A stretch of 32,000 bases of DNA from positions 4,500,001 to 4,532,000 of the forward strand of contig CP001848.1 in NCBI GenBank assembly GCA_000025185.1. Direction: 5' to 3'. The stretch is from Pirellula staleyi DSM 6068 (GTDB taxonomy: Bacteria; Planctomycetota; Planctomycetia; Pirellulales; Pirellulaceae). The position numbers and the translations under genes are program-made. Positions 18,029 to 27,048 of the stretch are shown here, piece by piece; positions within the stretch are counted from its first letter, which is position 1; each line of letters begins with the position of its first letter. Under the pieces are notes generated by a model that saw only the letters and a list, made by a program, of their open reading frames with translations, had not been told where the DNA came from and searched no databases.

Positions 18029-18081
18029 GCTGCACGCCACTAATGGCACGTTTCACTAGCGCTGAGCATTTACGCTGGTCA

Positions 18082-19164
18082 CTATTTCTCGCTCGGTTTG
18101 TAGTCTTGCCACATCCAAACGAGGGTGTCGGCCAGCGTTTGCTGAAACACCTTGCCATCGCAGTGACGCGACTCGCGGCTGAAGACATAGCGATAGTCGT
18201 ACCCCTTGGCTTTGAGAGCCGCAGCGGTTCGTTCATTCGCCATCACCCAGTTGTGATAGGTCTCTTCGGGGTCCTTGGCGCGATTGTCGTGCTCGGAAAC
18301 ATGCGTGAAGATTCGCAGCGGCTTTTTCTCGCTCGTTTCGATCAACTTTTTTCCGGAGTGATATTCCCAAGCGCCGAGTGGATACTCAGCCTCTTCGGGA
18401 GCATCGTCATCCTGCTGATCCACAAACGTTCCGGAGTAAGTAATCAGTCGACGAAACAAATCGTGTCGAAACCAACCCATGGTTAGTGCTGCGGCTCCAC
18501 CTGAACTACATCCCATGACACCTTTGCCCCAAGGATCTTCGGTGAAAGCAATTTTCGGATAAGCGGCTCGAATCTCCTTGTTGGCTAGAACCGCAGGGAG
18601 CACTTCGTCGTTAATGAAACGAGCAAAGCGGTCCGACATCGTGTCGTACTCCAGTCCCCGCTCACTACCTTTACCATCGTTACCACCATTTTCCACGCTG
18701 ATCACAATCAGTGCTGGAAGCTTGCGACTAGGGTCTTTGGAGATCGTGAGATTGTCGAGCGCATTGCGCACCAGATTCAGATTGCTTGGGCCATCCATCG
18801 TCACCAAAATCGGAGCCTTGGCTCCATCCTGATAGGCGGCTGGCACATAGACGAAAATCTTTCGCTCGACGCGCACATCCTTTTTCGGATCGAGCGTCTT
18901 ATCGGTTCCTGGAAAGATTTTGCTATCGGCCAGACGCATTGTGAATTGGAACGACTTCCCCTTCGGATTCCCTTGGTCCGTCAGATCAGCAGCGACATGA
19001 TAGTCGGGGCCGATCACCACATTTCCATTTTCAATTTTGCTTGTTGCAGGAGCGACTTCATCAGCCGCGCTGGCAAATGCACATGTCATCACCAAGCATC
19101 CGAGCGACAGAAGTAGACGAGCTGCCGCGCGGGCGATTCGAGTTTTATGCTGCATGACCATCAC
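18082..19164 (-). CDS. Exported esterase of the esterase D / enterochelin-esterase-like (PF00756-type) family
   Basis: Signal peptide MMVMQHKTRIARAAARLLLSLGCLVMTCAFASA. N-terminal beta-sandwich-like region. Motifs FVYVPAAYQDGAKAPILVTMDG and GVMGCSSGGAAAL (GxSxG). Confidence 0.8.
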   Translation of the reverse strand: MMVMQHKTRIARAAARLLLSLGCLVMTCAFASAADEVAPATSKIENGNVVIGPDYHVAADLTDQGNPKGKSFQFTMRLADSKIFPGTDKTLDPKKDVRVERKIFVYVPAAYQDGAKAPILVTMDGPSNLNLVRNALDNLTISKDPSRKLPALIVISVENGGNDGKGSERGLEYDTMSDRFARFINDEVLPAVLANKEIRAAYPKIAFTEDPWGKGVMGCSSGGAAALTMGWFRHDLFRRLITYSGTFVDQQDDDAPEEAEYPLGAWEYHSGKKLIETSEKKPLRIFTHVSEHDNRAKDPEETYHNWVMANERTAAALKAKGYDYRYVFSRESRHCDGKVFQQTLADTLVWMWQDYKPSEK

Positions 19165-19322
19165 TACTCAGTGGGGAGAGGTACGAAGATCGACACGGTT
19201 GTGGAATGTTCCACCGAGCCGACATTGTACGCGCCCGAGCGCGAGATGGTATCGCACGACGGGCAAGCTGCTGGGCAAGAGATCCGCTCGGCTGTTTTCC
19301 TCGGATAATCCCCAAGGATTCG

Positions 19323-20000
19323 CTACGGAATGAGCCAAAGAGCGATCGCCACGAGGAGCACCGTTCCGACGACCGTCGTCACGATTCCCGAAAAGCGTTT
19401 GCGTTTGAGGTAGAAGATCAGGATCAGACCTGTGATCGATAAGAAGACAGTGAGGATCGAAACCACATCAATCACCACCGACCACGACGCCCCTGTGTCG
19501 CGACCTTTGTGCAAGTCATTCATGATCGCGACGATTCCCATTTGCGTCACGGTGGCTCGATATTTTCTCGAGTCGCGTTGCGCTACGACATCGGCCGAGT
19601 AGCCGGGACCTTTGAAGAGAACCAGACATTCATACTCATCGACACGAAACTCACTCACCGCACCACGGAGGGAATGGGTGGCACGTAGGTGCTCAGCAAT
19701 TGCGAGCTTATCGACACCCGCTTCAGCATCCGCAGGTTCATCGCCACGAGCGGCTGCGACAGGTGGAAGCCAATCCTGCGGGAGCTCACCTTCGTGCTCG
19801 GTGACTGTCTGTGCCTCGACGCCGAACCATGTGGGATGGTTCAGCGTGATCCCTGTAATCCCAAAGAAAACAAGTGACGTGAAGGCGAGCAGCGAGACAT
19901 AGATATGCAGCCACCGCACAACGGCCGCAAAGCGACTGGAAAGGGGCTGACCTCTCTTCACTTGCAATTGCGGCGGCGGAACTTTCGGAGGGTGGTTCAC
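19323..20000 (-). CDS. PepSY-associated TM-helix-type membrane protein
   Basis: RWLHIYVSLLAFTSLVFFGITGITLNHP is the typical first TM/motif of this family. A soluble middle region is followed by two C-terminal TM helices. GTG 20000 overlaps the upstream stop (GTGA). An alternative GTG at 19961 is possible. Confidence 0.7.
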   Translation of the reverse strand: MNHPPKVPPPQLQVKRGQPLSSRFAAVVRWLHIYVSLLAFTSLVFFGITGITLNHPTWFGVEAQTVTEHEGELPQDWLPPVAAARGDEPADAEAGVDKLAIAEHLRATHSLRGAVSEFRVDEYECLVLFKGPGYSADVVAQRDSRKYRATVTQMGIVAIMNDLHKGRDTGASWSVVIDVVSILTVFLSITGLILIFYLKRKRFSGIVTTVVGTVLLVAIALWLIP

Positions 20001-21565
20001 TTCTGTTCGCCGTCGGTCTCTCGAGAACGATACTCCACACTGGCCGATTTCACTTCAACGTTCCCCTTGAGTTCGGTTAGTTCCAGCGGGTCTTTCCCGA
20101 GTGTTAGCGGATGACGAATGAGCTGATAGGTGCCATGCTCGCGAGCCACTTCGATGAACAACGTGTACTTGCCCGGCTTAAGGGGCTGGCCAGCATCGTC
20201 GAGTCCATCGAAGATCGCCTTGTACTCGCCAGGCCCTCGGGTCGATGCCGAGATGGTGCCAATCAGAGCAGTTTCGTCGGCCAACTTCCGAACGCCATCG
20301 TTACGATACCAGCGCAGTAGGTCGCGATGCCAGCGCGGACCAGGTTGTTTGGTGAGCATCCACAGCACAGCGGTCCGGACAGGAAACTCATCTTCATCTT
20401 CGAGCCAAATGGCGACATACGGACGGCGGTACTGCGATCCAGCAGGTCGGCTGAGTTCAAACTTTACGAGCAACTCGAGTAGTTCAGGTTCCGCTTTCTT
20501 CGCTTCTTCGGCAGGTTCATCGGCGGCAAAAGCGACTTGGAACGGGGTGGCGCTGAACCGAAACAAACGAGGACTGGTGAGTTCGCTCCAGTGCTGGCTT
20601 GTGTATTGCTTACCTTCTTTGGTGACGAGCAAACAATCGACTCCTGCAAGCGATTCAATGAGGGCGAGTCCTTCAGCAGCGGGAAGCACATTGCAGATCG
20701 TCGCCAAAGCATCCGCTTCGTGCGATGACCGGGCAACGATCGTCGCGCTAATCACTTCGTCGTTGGGCTTACCGGTACGTGGATCGAGAATATGCGAATA
20801 GTGACGACCTGCAATCGTATACCCACGGCGATAATCACCACTGGTCGCCACTGCTCGATTGGCCACATAGATCCGCGTCAGAGGAGCGGCATTCTCGGCA
20901 TCGTTGCGAGGGTCGGCAATCGCAACCTCGCGTATCGAGTCGCCACACACCCGCAGATCACCCCCGAGATTCACGATCAAACCACGGATCGACTTCTCGG
21001 CGAGAGCAGCTTCGCACGCCCGCTCCACAATCATTCCTTTGGCAATCGCATTGAGCGTGAGAGGACAATCGGTGAGCCGGGTAATGGTGTTGTCACTGGC
21101 GCGAATGCTCCAGTGCTTTTGATTAGCCAGTGTGGTGGCTGCTGCGAGTGCTTCGGCCGAAGGGAGTTCGTCTCGCTTGGCAGCAGCGGACCAAACACGC
21201 CCAATTGCCTCGACTCCAGGCTGGAAAGCGCCGCCGCTGAGCTTTATCCAGCGATCGCTCTGCGTCAGCATTTCGCGAAGTTCGGGCGAAACCAAGGTCG
21301 GCTGTTTCTTCGTACGTTGCCAGCGGCTGATCTCACTTTCGGAATCGTAAGTACTAAAAATTTTCTCCAGTCGGCTGATCTCGCGCAGAATGCGCGACTC
21401 AGCGGCTGTCGCTTCCAACTCACTTGTTGCCTGCACCTGAATTTCCAGCGAAGTGCCTAGCACATGTTCGTGCTGATAAGTGAACGTCTGCGGAAGATCA
21501 TCGGCGGTGAGTGTGATCGCAGGAATCCAGAGCGCGATCGCCAGCACGAAACGCAGGTAAAACAT
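19997..21565 (-). CDS. apbE: Exported ApbE-family FAD:protein FMN transferase fused to a DUF2271-like domain
   Basis: Signal peptide MFYLRFVLAIALWIPAITLTA. ApbE signature AVATSGDYRRGYTIAGRHYSHILDPRTGKP. Linker ADEPAEEAKKAEPE. C-terminal part RRPYVAIWLEDEDEFPVRTAVLWM...PRWHRDLLRWYR...KPGKYTLFIEVAREHG matches my recollection of DUF2271. Confidence 0.85.
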   Translation of the reverse strand: MFYLRFVLAIALWIPAITLTADDLPQTFTYQHEHVLGTSLEIQVQATSELEATAAESRILREISRLEKIFSTYDSESEISRWQRTKKQPTLVSPELREMLTQSDRWIKLSGGAFQPGVEAIGRVWSAAAKRDELPSAEALAAATTLANQKHWSIRASDNTITRLTDCPLTLNAIAKGMIVERACEAALAEKSIRGLIVNLGGDLRVCGDSIREVAIADPRNDAENAAPLTRIYVANRAVATSGDYRRGYTIAGRHYSHILDPRTGKPNDEVISATIVARSSHEADALATICNVLPAAEGLALIESLAGVDCLLVTKEGKQYTSQHWSELTSPRLFRFSATPFQVAFAADEPAEEAKKAEPELLELLVKFELSRPAGSQYRRPYVAIWLEDEDEFPVRTAVLWMLTKQPGPRWHRDLLRWYRNDGVRKLADETALIGTISASTRGPGEYKAIFDGLDDAGQPLKPGKYTLFIEVAREHGTYQLIRHPLTLGKDPLELTELKGNVEVKSASVEYRSRETDGEQK

Positions 21566-21676
21566 CGACCTATTCCTTTCGCCTCGACCACTCGGGCCAG
21601 ACGACGATTGAGTAAAGGGAATCCGACTTAAACAAGGAACTCGAAAGAAAGTTCTCCAGCAATTCTGCAGACAACT

Positions 21677-23872
21677 CTAATTGCGGCGCGGGCGCCCTTC
21701 GGTCACAGGCTGCATGCTCTGGACTGCTTTTTCTAACTCTTCGCGCGTCGCTACGCCATCTTTGTTCGCATCAGCGCGCTCGACAATCCGTCGAAAACGA
21801 CCGGTCACTTCCTCCGTCGAGAGCTGGCCATCTTTGTTCGCATCGAGCCGCATCAAGCGAGCCAATTGATCGTCGACTACAGTCACTTCAGGAGCAGGGG
21901 TGGCTGCTTGGCCAAAGCTGGCTGCTTGTGGCGTCGGATCGAGGACCACGAAGTGGGCTACCCCCTCTTTTTCACGATCGATGCCGTAAAAGAGGAGCCG
22001 ATCTTGAAATTCGATAACCGCTCCGGCTCGGTCCATGAAAGGAAGATTCTCCATCGCAACCTCCCACTTGTCGCTTGCGGGATCGTACACCTCCACGTTC
22101 TTGGCAGGGGCGAAATGTCCATCGACACTCGCGAAACCACCGGCGAGATAAAGTTTCCCACCAACAGCCACGAGACTAGGAAATACGCGAGGCCGCAGAG
22201 GAGAAGCGATCTTCGACCATTGCTTGTTCGTCAGATCAAACACCTCTGCCTCACTGACAATCCCCGCATCACCGATTCCTCCGACCACAAAATACTTCTC
22301 TCCTAAACGGGCTCCTCCAAAAGAACGACGGAGCGTAGGAATCGAGGCTTCGGTTGCTGCGGGTTCCTCGCTATCGGGCTTCCAGCGCCACGTTTCGGCC
22401 ACAAGCCCTTGATCATCGGTCTTCACGCGGCTGCCACCAAAAATAAACAGCTCACCTTGATAGGGAGTCGCTGAGAACATGGCCCGCGTGGTAGGGAGAT
22501 GTCCCACCTCTTCCATCCAGTCTTTGCTGCGCAGGCGATACTGAAAGATGGTGTCGGCAGAATGGAAACCTTTGTCGTCATACGTTAGCCCCCCCAACAC
22601 ATAGATCGAAGGATCGATGCGCGGGCCTTCTTGATAGGCATAACCACCTTGGGTCGGCCTCGCGAGATTCGGCAACTTTTCTACGGAGCGAGCGGCCAAG
22701 TCGAACTTGTAAGCCTCGTCGCTAAAAGCCTCTTTAGAAAAGTTATGCGGCTCGGTCGTACGATTGCCACCGAAGGCGTAGAGCGAAGAACCACTTAAGT
22801 AGAGTGCTTGTCCCTGCTTCACTTTTCCGCCGAAATCGACCGACCATTCCACCTGCTTGGGTACGGCACCAGCGGCCAGATCGATCACCTCGAGATTGGC
22901 TAAGTATCCACCACCTCGAGCGACACCAGCGATCGCAACCACTTTGCCACCATCGGCAACGAGTCGATGAAAGCTGCGTGGGAACAGCAGGCGTTCGATG
23001 CTGGTCCAAGCGGTTCCCTCGGGGCTAAGTTTGTAAACAATCCCTTCCGAGCCGCTGTAGTAGAGCACGCCGTCGGCGACATACGCGGAAATTGCAAATC
23101 CGGAAAGTCCTTCGCTACCGGCGAGTTCAGGACCAGCCGACCATGTGTCACTCTTCGGATCGTAGATGTGGACCGCACGTGTGATTTGATTGTCGCTCGA
23201 CATCCCTCCCATCACATACAGCTTGCTCTGATGCCCAGCTGTAGCGAGTGCACGGGTCGAGAAAGGAGGTTTGGCAATCTCTTTCCATGCACCTTGGTCT
23301 TGGCTCAAGTCGTAGACCAGCGCTGTGTCGTGCCATGTGGCATCTTGTGCTGTCCCCTCTTGCAAATTCCAGCCGCCGACAACGTACAACTTGCCATCGA
23401 CAACAGCGGCGTCGAGCGACGAGCGTGGTATGGGGAGTGATGGCAAGTCGGTCCACGTTTTGGTGGTGGGATCGAACTTGGCGAATGTCGAGAGCGAGTG
23501 AAATTCGGTTGGATCACCAGCGGCGTTTTTGAAACTCAAACCGCCGACGCGATAGATCGCACCTTGCCAAGTGACGAGTCCGGGACTCTGCGAGGTGATA
23601 TGCATCGGCAGCGCTTCCCAAGCTGTGCCGGGCGAGGCGAGATTGATGCGACAGAAGTGGGGCGAGAGGCCATCCTTCGAATTGCCCGGCAGACGTCCGG
23701 CGTGGCCACCAAAGACATAGATCCAGCCATCGGTGACTACAGCTCCAAAGCTCGAAATCGCTTCGGGTAGCAACGGGTAGGGCATTGCATCGCCACGCGT
23801 TTCCGCGCGAGCTGTAAGCGTGCAGAGCAGGCCAATGAGGCATGCCAATGAAGCAAAACGAGTCCTGGCCAT
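21677..23872 (-). CDS. Exported multi-Kelch-repeat (double beta-propeller-like) protein with C-terminal EF-hand pair
   Basis: Signal peptide MARTRFASLACLIGLLCTLTARA from ATG 23872; the track extension to 23944 is not needed. There are at least 9 Kelch-like strands: IYVFGGHAG, IYRVGGLS, LYVVGGWN, LYVMGGMS, LYAFGGN, IYVLGGLT, LFIFGGSR, YFVVGGIG and LYLAGGFA. The C-terminus has DANKDGQLSTEE and DANKDGVATREE EF-hand loops. Confidence 0.85.
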   Translation of the reverse strand: MARTRFASLACLIGLLCTLTARAETRGDAMPYPLLPEAISSFGAVVTDGWIYVFGGHAGRLPGNSKDGLSPHFCRINLASPGTAWEALPMHITSQSPGLVTWQGAIYRVGGLSFKNAAGDPTEFHSLSTFAKFDPTTKTWTDLPSLPIPRSSLDAAVVDGKLYVVGGWNLQEGTAQDATWHDTALVYDLSQDQGAWKEIAKPPFSTRALATAGHQSKLYVMGGMSSDNQITRAVHIYDPKSDTWSAGPELAGSEGLSGFAISAYVADGVLYYSGSEGIVYKLSPEGTAWTSIERLLFPRSFHRLVADGGKVVAIAGVARGGGYLANLEVIDLAAGAVPKQVEWSVDFGGKVKQGQALYLSGSSLYAFGGNRTTEPHNFSKEAFSDEAYKFDLAARSVEKLPNLARPTQGGYAYQEGPRIDPSIYVLGGLTYDDKGFHSADTIFQYRLRSKDWMEEVGHLPTTRAMFSATPYQGELFIFGGSRVKTDDQGLVAETWRWKPDSEEPAATEASIPTLRRSFGGARLGEKYFVVGGIGDAGIVSEAEVFDLTNKQWSKIASPLRPRVFPSLVAVGGKLYLAGGFASVDGHFAPAKNVEVYDPASDKWEVAMENLPFMDRAGAVIEFQDRLLFYGIDREKEGVAHFVVLDPTPQAASFGQAATPAPEVTVVDDQLARLMRLDANKDGQLSTEEVTGRFRRIVERADANKDGVATREELEKAVQSMQPVTEGRPRRN

Positions 23873-24182
23873 TGGGAGATTCCTTCGGAAGGATGCCGGC
23901 AATCGAGTGGGACAAACGCCGCAGAACGGCGCTGGCGGAACCATGTAGTGTCAGCTTCAAAGATGCTGGCGAGGTCCCAGACCGGCTGGCGAGAAACTGA
24001 AGTGAGATTCAGTCTCAGAAAGATAACAACGTGACCTGAGGTGTCAATCCCATCAGGAAAATAAGATCGCCCGCAGCGAGGGGGAACACTTGCTCTAGCG
24101 CTGCCGGGGTGCTAAACCCGTACGCAGAAGTCGTCTGTTTGTCGATTCTTCAGCCTCTTACTTTTCGAGCGAAGCTTAACTC

Positions 24183-26852
24183 ATGAAGTCCTTCTCCCTT
24201 CTTGCGTTCGTGGCTTGCATCGTAGCCGGCGTAGCACTCTACGCTCAGCAAAACGAGCGTGCATCGCAGATTCCGAAGGGACCTGCAGGTCCGCCATCTG
24301 TCGCCAAACCAGCCACCAAGGCGAAACCAGCTGCGAAGGGGAAGGGGCGTCCTGCTGCGGTTGGTCCAGCGATTGGTGGGAACACAGCCACACCGGTCGG
24401 ACTGATTAAGGCAGCCAAGGATTTCAGCGTCGAACTGCTCTATTCGGTCGAAGGGGCCGAGCAAGGTTCGTGGGTGAATTTGTGCAGCGACGATAAGGGG
24501 CGGATCTACGCCAGCGATCAGTTCGGTGGTTTGTATCGCTTCACTCCACCAGCCCCGGGAGCAAAACTCGACCCGAAAGCGATCGAAAAAGTTCCTGCAG
24601 ATGTTCGTGCCGTGAACGGTATGCTCTTTGCCTTCGGAGCACTCTACGTGGGAGTGAACGACTACGAACAAAAGATGCAAAGTGGCCTTTATCGCATCAC
24701 TGATAGCGACAGCGACGACAAACTCGACAAAGTGGAATTGCTGCGGGCAATCGACTCGAAGGGTGACCACGGCGTGCATGCCGTGGTGCTTACGCCCGAC
24801 GGCAAAGGGCTCTACTTAGTTTGTGGTAACAACGCCATCCTGACCGAAACTCCCGACTCGTCGCCTGTTCCCAAAATCTGGGGGGATGATCATCTGCTGC
24901 CGCGGATGCCCGATGGGCGAGGGCACAATGTCAATGTTCTCGCGCCGGGTGGAATCATCTATCGCGTTTCGCCCGATGGCAAAGAATTCAAAATCTACGC
25001 CAATGGTTTTCGCAACATCTTCGATGCTTCGGTGAATCATGACGGCGAGCTTTTCACCTACGACGCCGATATGGAGTACGACTTCAACACGTCGTGGTAT
25101 CGTCCAACGCGCATCAATCATGTGGTGAGTGGTGCTGAATTCGGCTGGCGCAACGGCGCAGGCAAGTATCCCGAGTTCTACCCCGACAACCTTCCTGCAA
25201 CGCTGAACATCGGACCTGGTTCGCCGACCGGCACCACGTTTGGCTACGGCGCGAAGTTTCCGGCCAAGTATCAGAAGGCGTTTTTTGTACTCGACTGGAG
25301 CTGGGGCAAAGTTTACGCCGTGCATCTGCAGGAGCAGGGCTCGTCGTATACAGCTACGAAGGAAGAGTTTCTCTCGGGTGCGCCGCTCCCTGTCACCGAT
25401 GCGATCATTCATCCGCAAGATGGCGCGATGTACTTTGCCATCGGTGGACGTCGCGTGCAGTCGGGGCTTTACCGTGTGACTTATACAGGTTCAGAATCGA
25501 CTGCTCCGGTGGAGGCCCAAGCCACCAAGAGTGCAGCTCGCGATCTACGGCATCAACTCGAAGCGTTTCATGGCAAGCAAGATCCTGCGGCGCTCGATGT
25601 GGCCTGGCCTCACCTCAACCATCCCGACCGATTCATTCGCTGGGCAGCGCGGACGATTGTCGAGCATCAACCAGCAGCAACCTGGCAAGAACGTGCACTG
25701 AGCGAGAGCGATTCGACCAAACAACTCGAGCTATTAATGGCTCTTGCGCGAGTTGCTGGCGATTGCCCTAGCCATCGCGCGAAGGATGCAGTGATCGATA
25801 CTGCGACCCGCGATAAAATCATCGCCGCGCTCTTGAAACTCGATTGGTCGAAGCTCACGCAAGATGAGCGGCTCAGCTTCGTTCGAACTCTCCAAATTGT
25901 GCTGCATCGTTTCGGAAATCCCGACGATGCGACCGTCGTTGCTGTCATTGCGAAACTCGACCCGGCATTTCCGGCCGACAACTTTGAACTGAACTGGCTC
26001 TTGTGCGAGACACTCGGCTATCTGCAAGCTCCCAACACGGCTGCGAAAGGTATGGCCCTGATTGCAGCGTCGTCGAGCCAAGAACCTCAGCTCGAATATG
26101 CTCGCAGCCTGCGATTCCTGAAGACCGGATGGACGAAAGAACTTCGCACAGCCCAGCTGGAGTGGTTCCTCAAGGCTGCAAACTATCGTGGCGGCGCCAG
26201 CTTCGCAAAGTTTGTCGAATTCATTCGCAACGACACGCTCAGCACCTTCAGCGAATCAGAAAAAGCGGAACTTGCTGAGCTGATCGCCAAGAAGCCCGAG
26301 GAGAAATCAGCCATTGAAAATGTGGGGGAGATGTTCGCCGGTCGAACGGCCAACAACTGGACACTTGAGGAACTGAGCGCCGCGACCAAGACCGATCTGA
26401 AGCATCGCAGCTTCGACAAGGGACGCAAAGTCTTTGCAGCTGCTGCTTGCTTCACCTGTCATCGCTTCGGCAATGCGGGTGGCATGACTGGTCCTGATCT
26501 CAGCACCGCTGGCCGCCGCTATTCACCTCACGACTTCCTCGACCAAATCATCAACCCCAGCAAGGTGATTAACGAACAGTTTTCGGCAGTGGTGGTTCTC
26601 ACCGACTCCGGAATGGTGGTGAGTGGTGTGGTGGTGAATCTCAACGGCGACTCGATGACAATCAACACCGATCTAACCGACCCCAACAAGCGGGTGAACA
26701 TCGACCGCAAAGAGATCGAAGAGATTCAGCAGTCCACTACCTCGCCCATGCCAGCCAATTTGCTCAGCTTGCTGACGAAGGAAGAAGTCCTCGATTTGGT
26801 GGCCTACGTGCTAAGTGGTGGGGACCCGCAGCACGAGATGTTTAAGCCCTAA
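24183..26852 (+). CDS. PVC-type heme-binding CxxCH protein: membrane-bound-dehydrogenase-like beta-propeller + HEAT-like repeats + C-terminal cytochrome c domain
   Basis: Signal peptide MKSFSLLAFVACIVAGVALYA. Propeller block FRNIFDASVNHDGELFTYDADMEYDFNTSWYRPTRINHVVSGAEFGWR. Helical repeat region. C-terminal CFTCHRFGNAGGMTGPDLS and MPANLL. Confidence 0.9.
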   Translation: MKSFSLLAFVACIVAGVALYAQQNERASQIPKGPAGPPSVAKPATKAKPAAKGKGRPAAVGPAIGGNTATPVGLIKAAKDFSVELLYSVEGAEQGSWVNLCSDDKGRIYASDQFGGLYRFTPPAPGAKLDPKAIEKVPADVRAVNGMLFAFGALYVGVNDYEQKMQSGLYRITDSDSDDKLDKVELLRAIDSKGDHGVHAVVLTPDGKGLYLVCGNNAILTETPDSSPVPKIWGDDHLLPRMPDGRGHNVNVLAPGGIIYRVSPDGKEFKIYANGFRNIFDASVNHDGELFTYDADMEYDFNTSWYRPTRINHVVSGAEFGWRNGAGKYPEFYPDNLPATLNIGPGSPTGTTFGYGAKFPAKYQKAFFVLDWSWGKVYAVHLQEQGSSYTATKEEFLSGAPLPVTDAIIHPQDGAMYFAIGGRRVQSGLYRVTYTGSESTAPVEAQATKSAARDLRHQLEAFHGKQDPAALDVAWPHLNHPDRFIRWAARTIVEHQPAATWQERALSESDSTKQLELLMALARVAGDCPSHRAKDAVIDTATRDKIIAALLKLDWSKLTQDERLSFVRTLQIVLHRFGNPDDATVVAVIAKLDPAFPADNFELNWLLCETLGYLQAPNTAAKGMALIAASSSQEPQLEYARSLRFLKTGWTKELRTAQLEWFLKAANYRGGASFAKFVEFIRNDTLSTFSESEKAELAELIAKKPEEKSAIENVGEMFAGRTANNWTLEELSAATKTDLKHRSFDKGRKVFAAAACFTCHRFGNAGGMTGPDLSTAGRRYSPHDFLDQIINPSKVINEQFSAVVVLTDSGMVVSGVVVNLNGDSMTINTDLTDPNKRVNIDRKEIEEIQQSTTSPMPANLLSLLTKEEVLDLVAYVLSGGDPQHEMFKP

Positions 26853-26892
26853 ACAATCGGCTGAATACGACAACGCTCGCAGTCCAACTGAG

Positions 26893-26947
26893 GCCACTAT
26901 CGTGCGGTCGATAAGACCCTCGATAGTGGCTTTTTTCTTTATTTTCT
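26893..26947 (+). terminator. Rho-independent terminator
   Basis: Perfect 10-bp stem gccactatcg (26893-26902) / cgatagtggc (26921-26930), with an inner ggtc/gacc extension. It is followed directly by ttttttctttattttct and lies 40 nt after the stop at 26852. Confidence 0.75.
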
Positions 26948-27048
26948 CAGCAATAGGCAGGGATTCGTGCGTGAGCGCCACCAGTTTCTCACACCAAGCG
27001 TCGCTGCTATAACCGTCGTTTCTGCGAGTCGGAGAGAGTTTACTCCAC

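Noticed and set aside
20130-21460. 223-aa and 222-aa plus-strand ORFs
   Set aside because: They are antisense to the ApbE-DUF2271 gene. Ser/Arg-rich with no motifs.
24150-25418. 209-aa and 200-aa minus-strand ORFs
   Set aside because: They are antisense to the PVC-type heme-binding protein gene. No motifs.
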